Shown: positions 23,601 through 37,699 of the stretch, one piece after another
Layout of the letters: every line of letters starts with the position of its first letter
Position numbering within the stretch: the first letter of the stretch is position 1
Source: Lama glama
Lineage: Eukaryota
Direction: 5' to 3'
Length of the DNA: 64,000 nt
Assembly: GCA_028534125.1 (NCBI GenBank)
Contig: CM052822.1
Span: 59,458,001-59,522,000, forward strand
The notes under the pieces: model-generated
The model's database searches: none
Told to the model about the DNA's origin: nothing
The model's input: the letters and a program-made list of their open reading frames with translations, nothing else
Translations under genes and position numbers: made by a program

Positions 23601-26600
23601 GGGGCCAAGGGAGGGGCCTGGGGGAAGCCGGGAAGGGACGCCGCCAGGCCCAGGGCTCCATGCCTGACCCCTCTTCTCCACAGGCATCTCCTTCACCCCC
23701 AAGGAGGTTGGGGAGCATGTGGTGAGCGTGCGCAAGAGCGGCAAGCACGTCACCAATAGCCCCTTCAAGATCCTGGTGGGGCCGTCTGAGATCGGGGACG
23801 CTAGCAAGGTGCGGGTCTGGGGCAAGGGCCTGTCTGAGGGACACACGTTCCAGGTGGCGGAGTTCATCGTGGACACTCGTAATGCAGGTGCTTCTTGTCC
23901 CAGAGACCCCTCATTTCAGCTGGTGCCTCTAATGAGGACTAGTCCTTCTTTCCTGCCCCATGCCCCTTGGCCATACCCTCCTCCCTGAACTTCCTGGCCC
24001 AGTCTCTGCTGAGATTCATATTCTGGGGCCCAATGAAGAAAGTGGGCCCCATGTCACTTCTCTCACATTTAAGAGAAAGCTCAGCTGTCTTGAGTTTCTG
24101 TCTCACTCACTGGCACCCAAGAAGCCTGCCCTAGGGAATTTCCAAGACTGCCTCTCCCTGACCATCTGGGTCAGTGCCTTGCTTGCCCCTTCTCCTCCTG
24201 CTGAGCCATCTTTTGTTAGTGGTTATGATAGACCTGGGGTGCCCATTCTGGATGGAGCCTGCAGTTTGGGGAGGGGAGAGCAGAATGGCAGTGGGGACTG
24301 AGGGAGATGTGTCCTTTGCTTCCCGGTAGGTTATGGGGGCCTGGGGCTGAGTATTGAAGGCCCTAGCAAGGTGGACATCAACTGTGAGGATATGGAGGAT
24401 GGCACATGCAAAGTCACCTACTGCCCCACTGAACCTGGCACCTACATCATCAACATCAAGTTTGCCGACAAGCACGTGCCGGGTAAGAGTCCAGGCGGTG
24501 GGTAAGACAAGCCAGGAGGCTAGAGGCAAGGGATCTAAGACCCCTTTCTCCTGCTACAGGAAGCCCATTCACGGTGAAGGTTACCGGTGAGGGCCGCATG
24601 AAGGAAAGCATCACCCGGCGCAGGCAGGCGCCTTCTATCGCCACCATCGGCAGCACCTGCGACCTCAACCTCAAGATCCCAGGTGGGAGCCAGGAAGAGC
24701 CTGGGCAGGGTGGGGCAATGGGGAGGGCCCCGAGCCTGCCCCCAGGGTCTCTGTCCTGCTGGCTCATTTCTCCTCTCCCTCCCCTCCCCTTCCCTGGCTC
24801 TGTGTGTCCCACAGGGAACTGGTTCCAGATGGTGTCTGCCCAGGAGCGCCTGACACGCACCTTCACCCGCAGCAGCCACACGTATACCCGCACAGAGCGC
24901 ACAGAGATTAGCAAGACACGGGGCGGGGAGACCAAGCGTGAGGTGCGGGTGGAGGAGTCCACCCAGGTTGGCGGAGACCCCTTCCCCACCGTCTTCGGGG
25001 ACTTTCTGGGCCGAGAACGCCTGGGCTCTTTTGGCAGCATCACTCGCCAGCAGGAGGGTGAGCAGGGCCAGGGTCTTCCTGGGGAGGCTGGGCCTTCCAT
25101 CCCTTGGGGCAAGGGGAGGGTTTTACTAAGGAGGGAAGAAGGGGCTAGGAGCAGCCCAAGTGTCACCCTGACACACCCCACCCCCTGCAGGTGAGGCCAG
25201 CTCTCAGGATATGACCGCACAGGTGACCAGCCCGTCCGGCAAGACAGAAGCTGCAGAGATCGTGGAGGGGGAGGACAGCGCATACAGTGTGCGCTTTGTG
25301 CCCCAGGAGATGGGGCCCCACACGGTCACTGTCAAGTACCGCGGGCAGCATGTGCCAGGCAGCCCCTTTCAGTTCACCGTGGGGCCACTGGGTGAAGGTG
25401 GTGCCCACAAGGTGCGGGCTGGAGGCACAGGGCTGGAGCGAGGGGTGGCCGGTGTGCCAGGTAAGGGGGAGGAAGCTGAGACAGGGGATGGGGGCAGGGC
25501 AGCTGGCAGGATGGGCAATGGTGCTGAACAGCCGCCCCTGTCCTGCTTCCGTCTCCAGCCGAATTCAGCATCTGGACTCGAGAAGCAGGTGCCGGGGGCC
25601 TGTCTATTGCTGTGGAGGGGCCCAGCAAGGCGGAGATTGCATTTGAGGACCGCAAAGATGGCTCCTGTGGGGTCTCCTATGTTGTCCAGGAACCAGGTGG
25701 GTGTCCACAGTGGAGCTGGGCCTGAATAACCTTCTAGACGGGCCTCTTGCTCACTGACCAGGCAGGAGAAGGGACTACTGAACTGATTCTTCACCTGGGC
25801 TGCTGCTCTTTCTCTGCTGTCTACCTTCACCCCACACCCGGGGAATGCACATCTGTCTCCAGGAGCTTGTCCTGGAAGAGGCGAGGGTGGAGGTGGCTCT
25901 GCCTTGCCATTGCATCCTGGGGCCTATGCTGACTGGCTTTCCCTCCTCAGGTGACTATGAGGTCTCCATCAAGTTCAACGATGAGCACATCCCAGACAGC
26001 CCCTTTGTGGTACCCGTGGCCTCCCTCTCAGATGATGCTCGCCGTCTCACTGTCACCAGCCTCCAGGTGTGTGCCCAGGGATGGGGCCCCTCTGCCACCC
26101 TGAGAGATGGGCAGGAGTAGAGGATGGCAGGCCCATGTGGCCAGGGACTTAGCAGTGACCTTCAAAGGTCAAGACAGACATCTCCTCTCTCCCAGTATCT
26201 GTACAGCAGGGGGCTCCATGCCCCTTCCAGCTGTGGCTCAGGGTAGTCTTATCAGAACCCTTGTGTTTCTCCTTCCTCCAGCTCTACCCCCACTCTAGAG
26301 CTGGGCTCTGTGCCCCACCCCCCCAGCCTCCCCATTGGCCCACCTCCCCCCTTGAGCACCGCTAGCCAGTCCAGGGCACTCTCCTCTTTCCTCATCAGGT
26401 CCACACAGCTCTAGCAGCTTTGTCATCGGGCCCGCTTTACAATGTCTGGGTCTTACCTCCTCAGCCAGGACAGGGCACGTCATCTCTGGTGCCCTACCTG
26501 CCCAGAACAGCCAGTGGGCCCACCTCCTGCAGGTGGATGCTGGGGTCACAGACCCAGCCCCCTACCGCTACTGTAGTCTTGCTGAGGGCCTCTGGGAGCT

Positions 26601-28608
26601 GGGCCAGGCGGCAGGAGCCAGGCTGGGTATGTGGTGAAAGCAGTGCCAGCTTGCAGACAGGAGCGCTCCAGACCCTCCCAGGAGTCTGAGCACCCTCTGT
26701 GACCTCTACAGGAGACGGGGCTCAAGGTGAACCAGCCGGCGTCCTTTGCGGTGCAGCTGAACGGTGCTCGGGGTGTGATCGATGCTAGGGTGCACACGCC
26801 CTCGGGTGCAGTGGAGGAGTGCTACGTCTCCGAGCTGGACAGTGGTGAGCTAGCCCAGTCCCTGTCAGGCCAGGACCTTCTTGGAAAGGGAGGGGAAGGA
26901 CAAAAGCTCACCTAACAATNNNNNNNNNNNNNNNNNNNNNNNNNNNNNNNNNNNNNNNNNNNNNNNNNNNNNNNNNNNNNNNNNNNNNNNNNNNNNNNNN
27001 NNNNNNNNNNNNNNNNNNNNNNNNNNNNNNNNNNNNNNNNNNNNNNNNNNNNNNNNNNNNNNNNNNNNNNNNNNNNNNNNNNNNNNNNNNNNNNNNNNNG
27101 GCACTACAGGTGAGTGGCTGGGAGGAGGGGGTGATATTGGGGTGCTTAGCCCCCAGTCCTGGGGCAGTGCTGATGAGCTCTGAGTCCTCACAGAGGCCTG
27201 CTCCAGGGAGCCTGGGCTCCAGCCCACCCACCTCTGGGCCCCAAACCCTTTCTGCCTACACCCTTGCTACCTCTGGTCCCAGGCGTGTCATCAGAGTTCA
27301 TCGTCAACACCTTGAACGCGGGCTCAGGGGCCTTGTNNNNNNNNNNNNNNNNNNNNNNNNNNNNNNNNNNNNNNNNNNNNNNNNNNNNNNNNNNNNNNNN
27401 NNNNNNNNNNNNNNNNNNNNNNNNNNNNNNNNNNNNNNNNNNNNNNNNNNNNNNNNNNNNNNNNNNNNNNNNNNNNNNNNNNNNNNNNNNNNNNNNNNNN
27501 NNNNNNNNNNNNNNNNNGGGGAAGTCCTGGTTGACTCCGGTAGCCAGTCACACCCATGTCATATCTGCCCCAAACATCAAGGTCAGGTTACCAGGGATAA
27601 AGCGGGCCTGGCTTTACACAGCACACCATTCTCTACATTCTCCACATGGACTCATGTAGATCATTTTTCAAAAATCAAATCCTCCCTCTTTATTGTTGTC
27701 CATCACTCAACTTATCTTTTCCCTGCGGTGGCTCCCCAAGCTTTCACTTAGCTTTCTGCCCTTCTGGCTTCCAAGAAGAGAGAGCTCAGTAAATATTTAG
27801 CCAGCATTCCTTTTGGAAGCTGCATGAAGGATTAGTTGGATACATGTTCCTTTTTAAAGCAAGACTCTACCCTGTGACTTGGGGTCCCAGACAAAGCCCA
27901 GAAGGGGGGGGCGGAGCCATCCGAGGCCCCAGACCTCAAGATAAGCCTGCCCTGCCTCCCTGGCTCGTTAGGAATTGGGGGGCCACTCCTAGGATGCTAC
28001 AGCAGAGGAAGGGAACGTGGGGCTGTCAGTGTCGGCAGAGGGCTCACCTAGGGAAGGGTATGCCACTGACCTGGCTTGTGGCCGCCCCACTCTTGCCTCT
28101 CAGGTCCCCGGCTGTCTGGAGGCCACAGCCTTCATGAAACATCCACGGTTTTGGTGGAGACTGTGACCAAGTCGTCCTCAAGCCGGGGCTCCAGCTATAG
28201 CTCCATCCCCAAGTTCTCCTCGGATGCCAGCAAGGTGGTGACACGGGGCCCCGGGCTGTCCCAGGCCTTCGTGGGCCAGAAGAACTCCTTCACCGTGGAC
28301 TGCAGCAAAGCAGGCAAGCCACTGGGGGAGAGGGGCCAGTTTCCTGGGGTGGGCAAATGCACAAGAACGTGAGGCCAAGGGCTGTGGTGCGAGCCTGTCC
28401 CTCACTGCCCTCCTCTCCAGGCACCAACATGATGATGGTGGGCGTGCATGGGCCCAAGACCCCCTGTGAGGAGGTGTACGTGAAGCACATGGGGAACCGA
28501 GTGTACAACGTCACCTACACCGTCAAGGAGAAAGGGGACTACATCCTCATCGTCAAGTGGGGCGACGAAAGTGTTCCCGGAAGCCCCTTCAAAGTCAACG
28601 TGCCCTGA
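2094..28608 (+). CDS. FLNC: Filamin-C (actin-binding CH1/CH2 domains + 24 filamin Ig repeats), 48 exons, ~2720 aa
   Basis: Translation begins [52 protein letters not shown] and ends [11 protein letters not shown]. It contains the FLNC-specific Ig20 insertion. Exons by AG/GT boundaries, all phase-compatible: 2094-2448, 6736-6984, 8547-8644, 8795-8945, 9041-9159, 9369-9446, 9617-9779, 9949-10149, 11448-11585, 11963-12089, 12241-12377, 12609-12802, 12895-13008, 13626-13769, 13998-14121, 14273-14433, 14610-14700, 14790-14959, 15171-15288, 15381-15643, 16020-16617, 17314-17487, 17600-17762, 18011-18171, 18903-19070, 19150-19273, 19784-19940, 20016-20205, 20328-20351, 20467-20714, 21172-21252, 21566-21665, 21982-22122, 22421-22549, 22632-22805, 23431-23592, 23684-23887, 24330-24482, 24560-24682, 24815-25057, 25191-25460, 25559-25696, 25951-26066, 26712-26844, ~26933(in gap)-27109, 27283-~27501(in gap), 28104-28313, 28421-28608. 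The total length assumes human-sized exons 45/46. Confidence 0.98.
6054..6380 (+). mobile_element. Old L1 (L1M-type) 3' UTR fragment
   Basis: Resembles remembered L1MB/L1MC 3' ends (aagaagccagac...atacatactgtatgattc...gcaaactaatc...agatcagt...tgcctggg). AT-rich insert in FLNC intron 1. Confidence 0.75.
10620..11040. repeat. Degenerate ~37-bp tandem repeat, ~10 units, in FLNC intron 8
   Basis: GTGGCA-like unit starts at 10673, 10711, 10751, 10788, 10823, 10860, 10898, 10936 and 10973 (spacing 35-40 nt). Approximate consensus GTGGCAGGNCTNNGTTCCATGCCATTGCCTGTGTTCT. Confidence 0.75.
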
Positions 28609-29296
28609 ATCCCAGAAGTGCCTCCCCCAGCCTCGGCCCCCACCTCTGGCCAAACACACTCACATACACACATACACACACGCAAAAGGGCCACACCCAG
28701 ATGCACACACGCAGAATCAGACACCTCAAACACCTGCCCTGGGGTGGACTGAGTGGCTCTGACCCCCACCCGACCAGGGCCCTGGGGTTGGAGGGCCTTG
28801 TCTGTCCCGGGGCCATGTCCCTTGCCTCAAACGTGACATGAGAGTGGACTGGGGGTTGGGGGGCCAGGGAAACCCTGCGTTTTCTGGTGGGGCTGAGGCC
28901 AGTGGGGGAGCACATGTTTGGGGGTGTCTGTGTGTGTGAGAGAGGTCACCCTCCAACTGCACTGCTGGCCAGGCCTCCTTGCCACTGAGGATTGCGTCCA
29001 GCCCCTCTGGCAGCCACAACCCCAGAGTGTTAAGGACTTGGAAGAGAGCACAATCCGAGGAGAAAACGGACCCCACACCAGCAGCAGCAGCCTTGGCACG
29101 TGGCCTGGCTCTGGGAGATTTAGATCCCAGCCAGGCTTCCTGAGGGACTGATTTCTCTCTTTTTTTTTTTTTATTATGATTGCACAGCTCTGCCCCATGG
29201 GGGGCCTTTTTTACACACTGCGAGGCCCAGCTTTCTGGGGGGATTTTTGCACATGTCATGCGGCTCAGCTGGGAGCTGCTTAGGTGGAAAACTCCA

Positions 29297-29302
29297 AATA
29301 AA
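29297..29302 (+). terminator. FLNC polyadenylation signal (AATAAA)
   Basis: First AATAAA after the stop at 28608, followed by a GT-rich downstream element. Implies a ~700-nt 3' UTR. Confidence 0.85.
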
Positions 29303-32149
29303 GTGCGGCCTGTCGCAGAGGCTTGGCTGTTCCTTGTGCGTGGGCTCCCCGTGGCTGGCTGTCTCTGGCTGCTGACACTGAACCAGGCCCCAGGAGGCAG
29401 AGGCCAGGCTGCCTGATCCCTGGGGGACTGACTCAGACCAAGGGGAAGGACCTGGGGCAGACCGCTGGGCCGTCTTTGTGGGGAGGTCTGGAATGCTGGC
29501 AGATTCCTTGAAAGAATCATGGATGGCAGTGGGGTGTCAGGGATGTGGTCTTCGTCCTCAGATTCCTGGAGAGCTGCTGGGTGGGAAAGGGAGGTGGACA
29601 CTTACGTTCTAGAAGACTGCCCTAGGACCACCAGGAGGCCAGTTTCCATTCAGCCTGATTTCAAAGATGTTCTCAAAATTAGGACCTTAAAGCAGCACTG
29701 ACTCCTCGCTCCTCGCTCACCACTGCTCCTCGCTCAGCAGGCAGGCAGAACCTCATGCAAACCCAGGGCTCTTTCACTCCCGCCAGGTCCTGGGTCAGTC
29801 TGGGCCTGCTCCCTCCCCACCTCCAGCCCTGACCTTGCTTAGGGCCTCCTTCCTGAACTGGCCCCTCCACTAACCTCCCTCCAACCCACCTTTCATGCTG
29901 CAGCCAGAGGGGGTCACATCAAAGGGACTATGGATGGCCCTTTCGGGTCCAGGGCCCTTCTGAATGTCCTTCTGCTTCGGGCTAGTCTACGTGTCCTAAT
30001 GAGGCCTCCAAGGTCTCTAGGTTCAGACACCAGCCTCCCTACCTGTTTATTCAAAAAGTGCCCAGAGTCAGGCAGTGTGCCCTCCACCTCCACTTCTCCT
30101 CACAACCTCTGGTTTCCCAGGCACCCATGTGGCATTTTGGGCCTCTGCCCAGGAACACACTTGCCTCTCCACACTCATCTTCTGGCCAATGGGAAGCTTT
30201 CCTGAACCCTTCCCTGCCCCACCCCAGGTCAGCCCCCTAGTTCTCACACTGCCCCGGAGCACATTTCTGGCTGCATTTACTACTTTGATCTGTGACCGTG
30301 TATCTTAGAGGATCTGTCTCCCCCACCAGACTGAGCCCTTTGACCCTGGGAGGTCTAATACAGACAGCTATGATGAATGAATAAATGCATGAGCAACTAA
30401 GTAGCCAGAGCAGAGTAAAGCAGCATTTCACTCAATTGATCCCCCATCTCTAGACTCACCCCAAGCATTTCAGCACACGGTGATGAGTCAGCCAGAGCAA
30501 ATGCAACATACACAGCCTGCCTCCAAATCCCCCCTACCTTCACTGGGTAACCTGTCTGCCTCCCAACTCCTCTTTAAGTTTCTTCTTTCCCCTACCTCTC
30601 CTGAGTCCTGCCCCCTCAAGACCCCTCCAGGGCCACTCTGTATGTCTACCCACCTCCTCGTGATATTTTCTACTCTCCCCTCGATCTTGAGGGAGCTCCT
30701 TGAGGACAGAAATCGCATTTTATCAATCTTGGTCCTCAGCCTCGCCATGTCCACATTTGATACGTGCTGGGTGAATGAAGGAGTGTGATAAATGCGGCAC
30801 TCTCCTAGCTTCCTACTTAACCTGAAAGGCCCTTTGAAGGCAGAATCCATTCTCAAGTACCCAACCACTCATGGCCATTAAGGGTCAGTTCTGTGCCAGG
30901 CACCAAACCAGTTGCTTCTACACACACCCTTCCTCACTCTGCCTTCCCTCCCACCTCGCCCCAGGTGGGAGCATTTCCCTGCATGGTTTGCTGGCCTCCT
31001 TCTCAGCTTCTGCTGCCCTCCCCACCTGTTTGTGGATGTGTTTACGAATATCCAGCCCAGCTGCTCTCCCCCAACTACAGTCTGGTCATGCGTGCTGAGC
31101 ACTGAGGGACTCCATCTCACTTAATCCCAACAGCCCTACAATGCTGGTATACTATTATCTGAAGAGACCAAGGTCCTCAGAATTTTGGTAATGAGTCCCA
31201 AATCACATCTCCAAGAAGCAGGGCCAAAATTCAAACCAAATGTATTCAAGTCCTGAGCCTATCATACGTGCAACGATTAGACTAGGCCAGCTGGATGTCT
31301 CACCTGCTCTAAACTTGCAAATCACATGCCAGATGCCAGGATGCCTATTTGTTAAAAGGGAGGAGGAACAAGTGGCCCTTTCTTTTCAACATGTTCATCT
31401 CACAGAGTTCACTCTATTGGGAATGTTACTCCTGTCCACCTAGGTGCACAGGCCAGAAACCTGGAGGTCACCTGGGTCACCCCAAATATATCCAATCCAA
31501 AACCCCATTCTGTCTTTAAATATCTCTTGACTCCACCTACTTCTCCACATTCCCCATCACCACTACCTGGGTTCTGGCCACCATCATCTCTTATTACCAC
31601 AATGGTTTCTCTGCCTTCAGTCTTGCCTCTGCACACAGCACGGTCTCGATCCTGTTTATATCATTCTCGTGCTTAAATTTCTTCAGTTACTTCAGAATAA
31701 GTTTGTTCCCAGGATAACCTCCAGATCCTTTAACTTCTCTTGAAGGCACTTTTACTTTCTAGTCTCTTAAGTCTTTGCACATGCCATTGCTCTTCCCTAA
31801 AACACCTTCTTGTCTTCATCTCTATCCCCTGCATCCTACTGGCAACCCTCTTTGCGCGCCCCACCTCCCCCCATGAGTTAGTTACACCTGAAGTGTGCTT
31901 CCACGTACTTCTCACATTTTACCAGTTAACACATTGCTTTGTCAATGCTCTACCGCACTAAAGAGGATCATCATTAACTTGTTCATCCTTTTATTAATTG
32001 AACAAATACGTAGTAGTTGTTAACTATGTGCCGTAGTTACATACATACACGATACAGACTCGGACCTTACCCTCGAGAACCGTCTTTTCTTCTCCGGCGT
32101 CTCGGTGTCTAACAGCAGTAGGCTCCACAAGTTGGTTGAAGGAACGCGC

Positions 32150-32401
32150 TAACGTGATTGCGCAAGCCGGTGATGCCGCGCGGGCTTCTGGGAACCGTAG
32201 TCCTCGGGTTCTGGCCTCTCTTTAGGCGCAGGCGTATTCACATTCAGGCGCTCTTGCTGTTAATGCGCATGTTCCGGGAGGCGGAGTGGTGGAACTGCGC
32301 ATGTCTGACGGGTGGAGGTGCGGCCGAAAAGGCGGTGCGCTGCGGAGGCGGGGCTTCGGTGACTTCGGGTGGTCGCGGCTGATCTCTGCCTGGCTGTCAG
32401 G
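32150..32401 (+). promoter_or_regulatory. ATP6V1F CpG-island housekeeping promoter
   Basis: CpG-rich. ZNF143/SBS-like CTGGGAACCGTAGTC at 32188-32202; NRF1-like TGCGCATG at 32264-32271 and 32296-32303. Confidence 0.75.
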
Positions 32402-34647
32402 ATGGCGGGGAGGGGGAAGNNNNNNNNNNNNNNNNNNNNNNNNNNNNNNNNNNNNNNNNNNNNNNNNNNNNNNNNNNNNNNNNNNNNNNNNNNNNNNNNN
32501 NNNNNNNNNNNNNNNNNNNNNNNNNNNNNNNNNNNNNNNNNNNNNNNNNNNNNNNNNNNNNNNNNNNNNNNNNNNGGCCTGAACGGGACCCTCCGCTGCC
32601 TAGTGGCAGCGCGGGAAGGCGGGGGCGGCACGAGGCTTCCAGACCTTAACCGAAGTATCAGACCCCGTCCTCCAGGCTCAGAGAAGTCGGTCCACCCGCC
32701 CTTCCGGAGCGAAGGCCTCCGTATGGGACCGGGGCTATGTCGGGTCCACAAGCTCCCCCCTCACATGACCGTGTGTCAGGAAAGAAGGGGAACAGAGCTC
32801 GTGACGGGCTGGCGCCGCGCTCGGCCCAACCTGCCCCGCCGGAGCTGGGCTTTTAGAGCACCTAGGCCCTGGAGGGGGCCAGACTCAGCTTCCCTGCAGG
32901 GGCCTCCCCAGTTCAGCCGTAGAGCAGGCTCGGGCACTGCAAGCACTCTTTTGCGAGTTGACCCCTAAAAGAACCACACACTCTGAACACCTGGGCAGTG
33001 AGTTCGGCTTTCTTTATTTTCATATCCCTTTGAGGCCCCAATCGTGAGGTAAGGTAGGGAGTGGGTATTCCCACTTACAGGTAGAAAACTAAAAAGTTCA
33101 CAGAGGTTAAGGTACCTACTAAAGTCATACAATGCTGAAGAGACTGAGCAGGGAAGGGATTTGAACCTGGTCCCCACTCTTTCTGCCTTCCTTAAGCCAG
33201 GTCTACACTCTGCTTGTGCCGCTGTCTTCTGTTTGCTTTGGAATTTCCCATTGCCCTTAGCACAGTGGACAGGTTATCAGGACTGTGTCCTACCTTCTGC
33301 TAAGACCTTGCACTTCAAATATGCATTTCCTGTCCTGGGTTAAGAGCAATAGTTTCAAAATGTAGGTGCAGGCATGTCCCTTAATCCAGGAGGTGTCCTG
33401 ATGACTAGAATTGAGGGTGCCAGTCCTCCCTTTTTTTCCCACACCCCTTCTCTAGGGCCCCTGTGCCAAGTCTCAGGAACAAACCGCTCTTACCTGTTTC
33501 TCCCTAAGCAGCCCAGTCCTGAGCTGCCGGCTGAAACTGGTTCCCGCTGCCTGGGGGATGATAGGCCCTTACCTGGGAGCTGATCTCTGCTGATCCCTAA
33601 GCAGTCTGGTAGAGTGACCCAAGTTGTCATGAGAGAAGGACAAATATTACTGCAAGAACTTTCCAAGTTTCCAATCAAAAGGGACCTCAGAAATCATTAA
33701 GTATAACCTTCCCTAGTGTTTGGCACAGAGTAGGTGCTCAGTAAATAGTTTTTAAGGAGTAAATAAATTAATGAATGGGTCACATGGAATGGATCACATG
33801 AAAGTAAGAGTCCAGCGCCAGGTTCTCTATGTGGAAAGTGTGATTTCCTTGGTCACTAATTTTCCTCTTCCTGTGTTGTGTTCTTGACTCAGGCCAAACT
33901 TCCCCTCTGATCTACCCCCTGCCCTTAGCAGCATAGACCTTGAGTGGTCTCAACAGTGCCCCCTGAAAAAATTTAATGTTTTCTTTTGAAAAGTTAATGT
34001 GTTCATGTGGTTTCTAAATTAATATTTAAAAGATACACACATTGAGAAGTCATACTCTCACCCCGACCTCTTCTACTTCATTACCTCCTTCCTCCACCCC
34101 GCAGATAACCACTTAGCTTCTTCCTTATCTTTCTGCAGATAAAAAGGTCAGACATATTTATTCTTATCCTCTCCTTTCTTACATGAAGGCAGCATATGGA
34201 ATACACCAGCATGCACCCTTATCTTCATTATCAGTTCAGCTGGGAGCCTTCCAAGCAGGGGAAGGTAGAAGCCGTGGCCCTTAGCTTTTGAGTGAAATTG
34301 ATTCTGAATAGAATGGAGCAAGTTTAAGATAGCAACCTTTTCCCTTGTCCATTGTGCTCTCTGGATCAAGCTTGTTCCCCTTTGCAGACCAGCCCACCAA
34401 CTGAGAGTGGACCGCCCTGGACTCCCTTCTCATCTCTCCCAACAGGCAGTTTCTAAACCGGGACGACATTGGCATCATCCTCATCAACCAGTACATCGCA
34501 GAGATGGTGCGGCATGCGCTCGATGCCCACCAGCGCTCCATTCCGGCCGTCCTGGAGATCCCATCCAAGGAGCACCCCTATGATGCTGCCAAGGACTCCA
34601 TCCTTCGCAGGGCCAGGGGCATGTTCACGGCTGAAGACCTCCGCTAG
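32402..34647 (+). CDS. ATP6V1F: V-type proton ATPase subunit F, 119 aa, 2 exons
   Basis: ATG at 32402 gives MAGRGK, then an N gap (32420-32575; exon 1 expected to end ~32559). Exon 2 at 34446-34647 encodes [66 protein letters not shown]. Confidence 0.96.
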
Positions 34648-34887
34648 GGGACTCCCCACAGCCCTGCAGCCTCTCCCCAGGCTTGCCATCAGCCCTTCTC
34701 TAAGATTTGAGCCTCTGATTTCCAATTCCCTGCCCCTTCCCACTCCACTGAGAGGCTAGGCGAGGGGCTTCTAGGTTGCTGGGGCTGTGCCATTAAAATC
34801 AAGGCTGGTTAGGGTACAGGAAGCCTGAGTGTCTTCTCTCCACTACCTCTTCCCTGTGCTGTTACACAGTGTCATTGTTGATGTTAA

Positions 34888-34893
34888 ATTAAA
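34888..34893 (+). terminator. ATP6V1F polyadenylation signal (ATTAAA)
   Basis: ATTAAA 240 nt after the stop, followed by a T-rich tract. A second ATTAAA lies at 34792-34797. Confidence 0.7.
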
Positions 34894-35347
34894 GTAACGT
34901 TCTTGCTTCTCTCCAAACTGAGGCTGGGTGCTAGAAAGGACACATGTGGGATGAGGCCGTTGGGTGGGGATTGGATTGGCAGGGCTGGAAAAGATTCTGC
35001 CAAAGACTCAAACATAGAAGAGTTGGACTGAGAAGATTGTGCCAAGAGTCCTCAGAAACAGAGATGACCAGCTCTGGCAGGGAGGAATGAAGGAGGCTGG
35101 CATCCAGACCCCTGGTTCCCCGACTTGAGTCTGTATTGGCTGGGAGGGGACATGACTTCAAGGGATGGAAGCGAAATTCACAGGAAACCTGAAAGTCTTT
35201 GATTCTAGTCTGGGTCCTGTCAGAGGTTTGGGGGTCAAGGCTCTTGGCCAGTGGGCCCTGGCCTGCTGCTGCCTCAGCACATAAGGCACGTGAGGTGTGC
35301 TGAGGGCATGGCTAGTGGAACCCTGGCCCTGTGTGAGGTGATGCACT

Positions 35348-37514
<2,167 letters not shown>

Positions 37515-37699
37515 CCCTAGGCCAGGTAGTGGGCTGAGGGGGGATAAAAAGAAATAACACACCTCTTGGTGGGGCAAGGCTGTCGTGTGTGTCTGTCTGG
37601 CTCTCCCAGGCGCTGAGGCTGCTTTCTGGGCCGTTCTGAAACTCTCTGACCTCTTGCTTTTTCCTTAACCCCCCATCTCTTAATCATCCCTTTGAGGAT

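Noticed and set aside
24574-25194. Stop-free in-frame FLNC intron 39 (132 nt) giving a 206-aa ORF
   Set aside because: Canonical splice sites are present, and short GC-rich introns often lack stops by chance.
28726-29601. 291-aa minus-strand ORF over the FLNC 3' UTR, and many other antisense ORFs over FLNC and KCP exons
   Set aside because: Low-complexity translations with no recognisable domain or splice structure. Expected as shadow ORFs in GC-rich DNA. An antisense lncRNA cannot be called from sequence alone.
32100-32400. CLEAR (TFEB) element in the ATP6V1F promoter
   Set aside because: Only a partial AACGTGA is visible; no GTCACGTGAC consensus.
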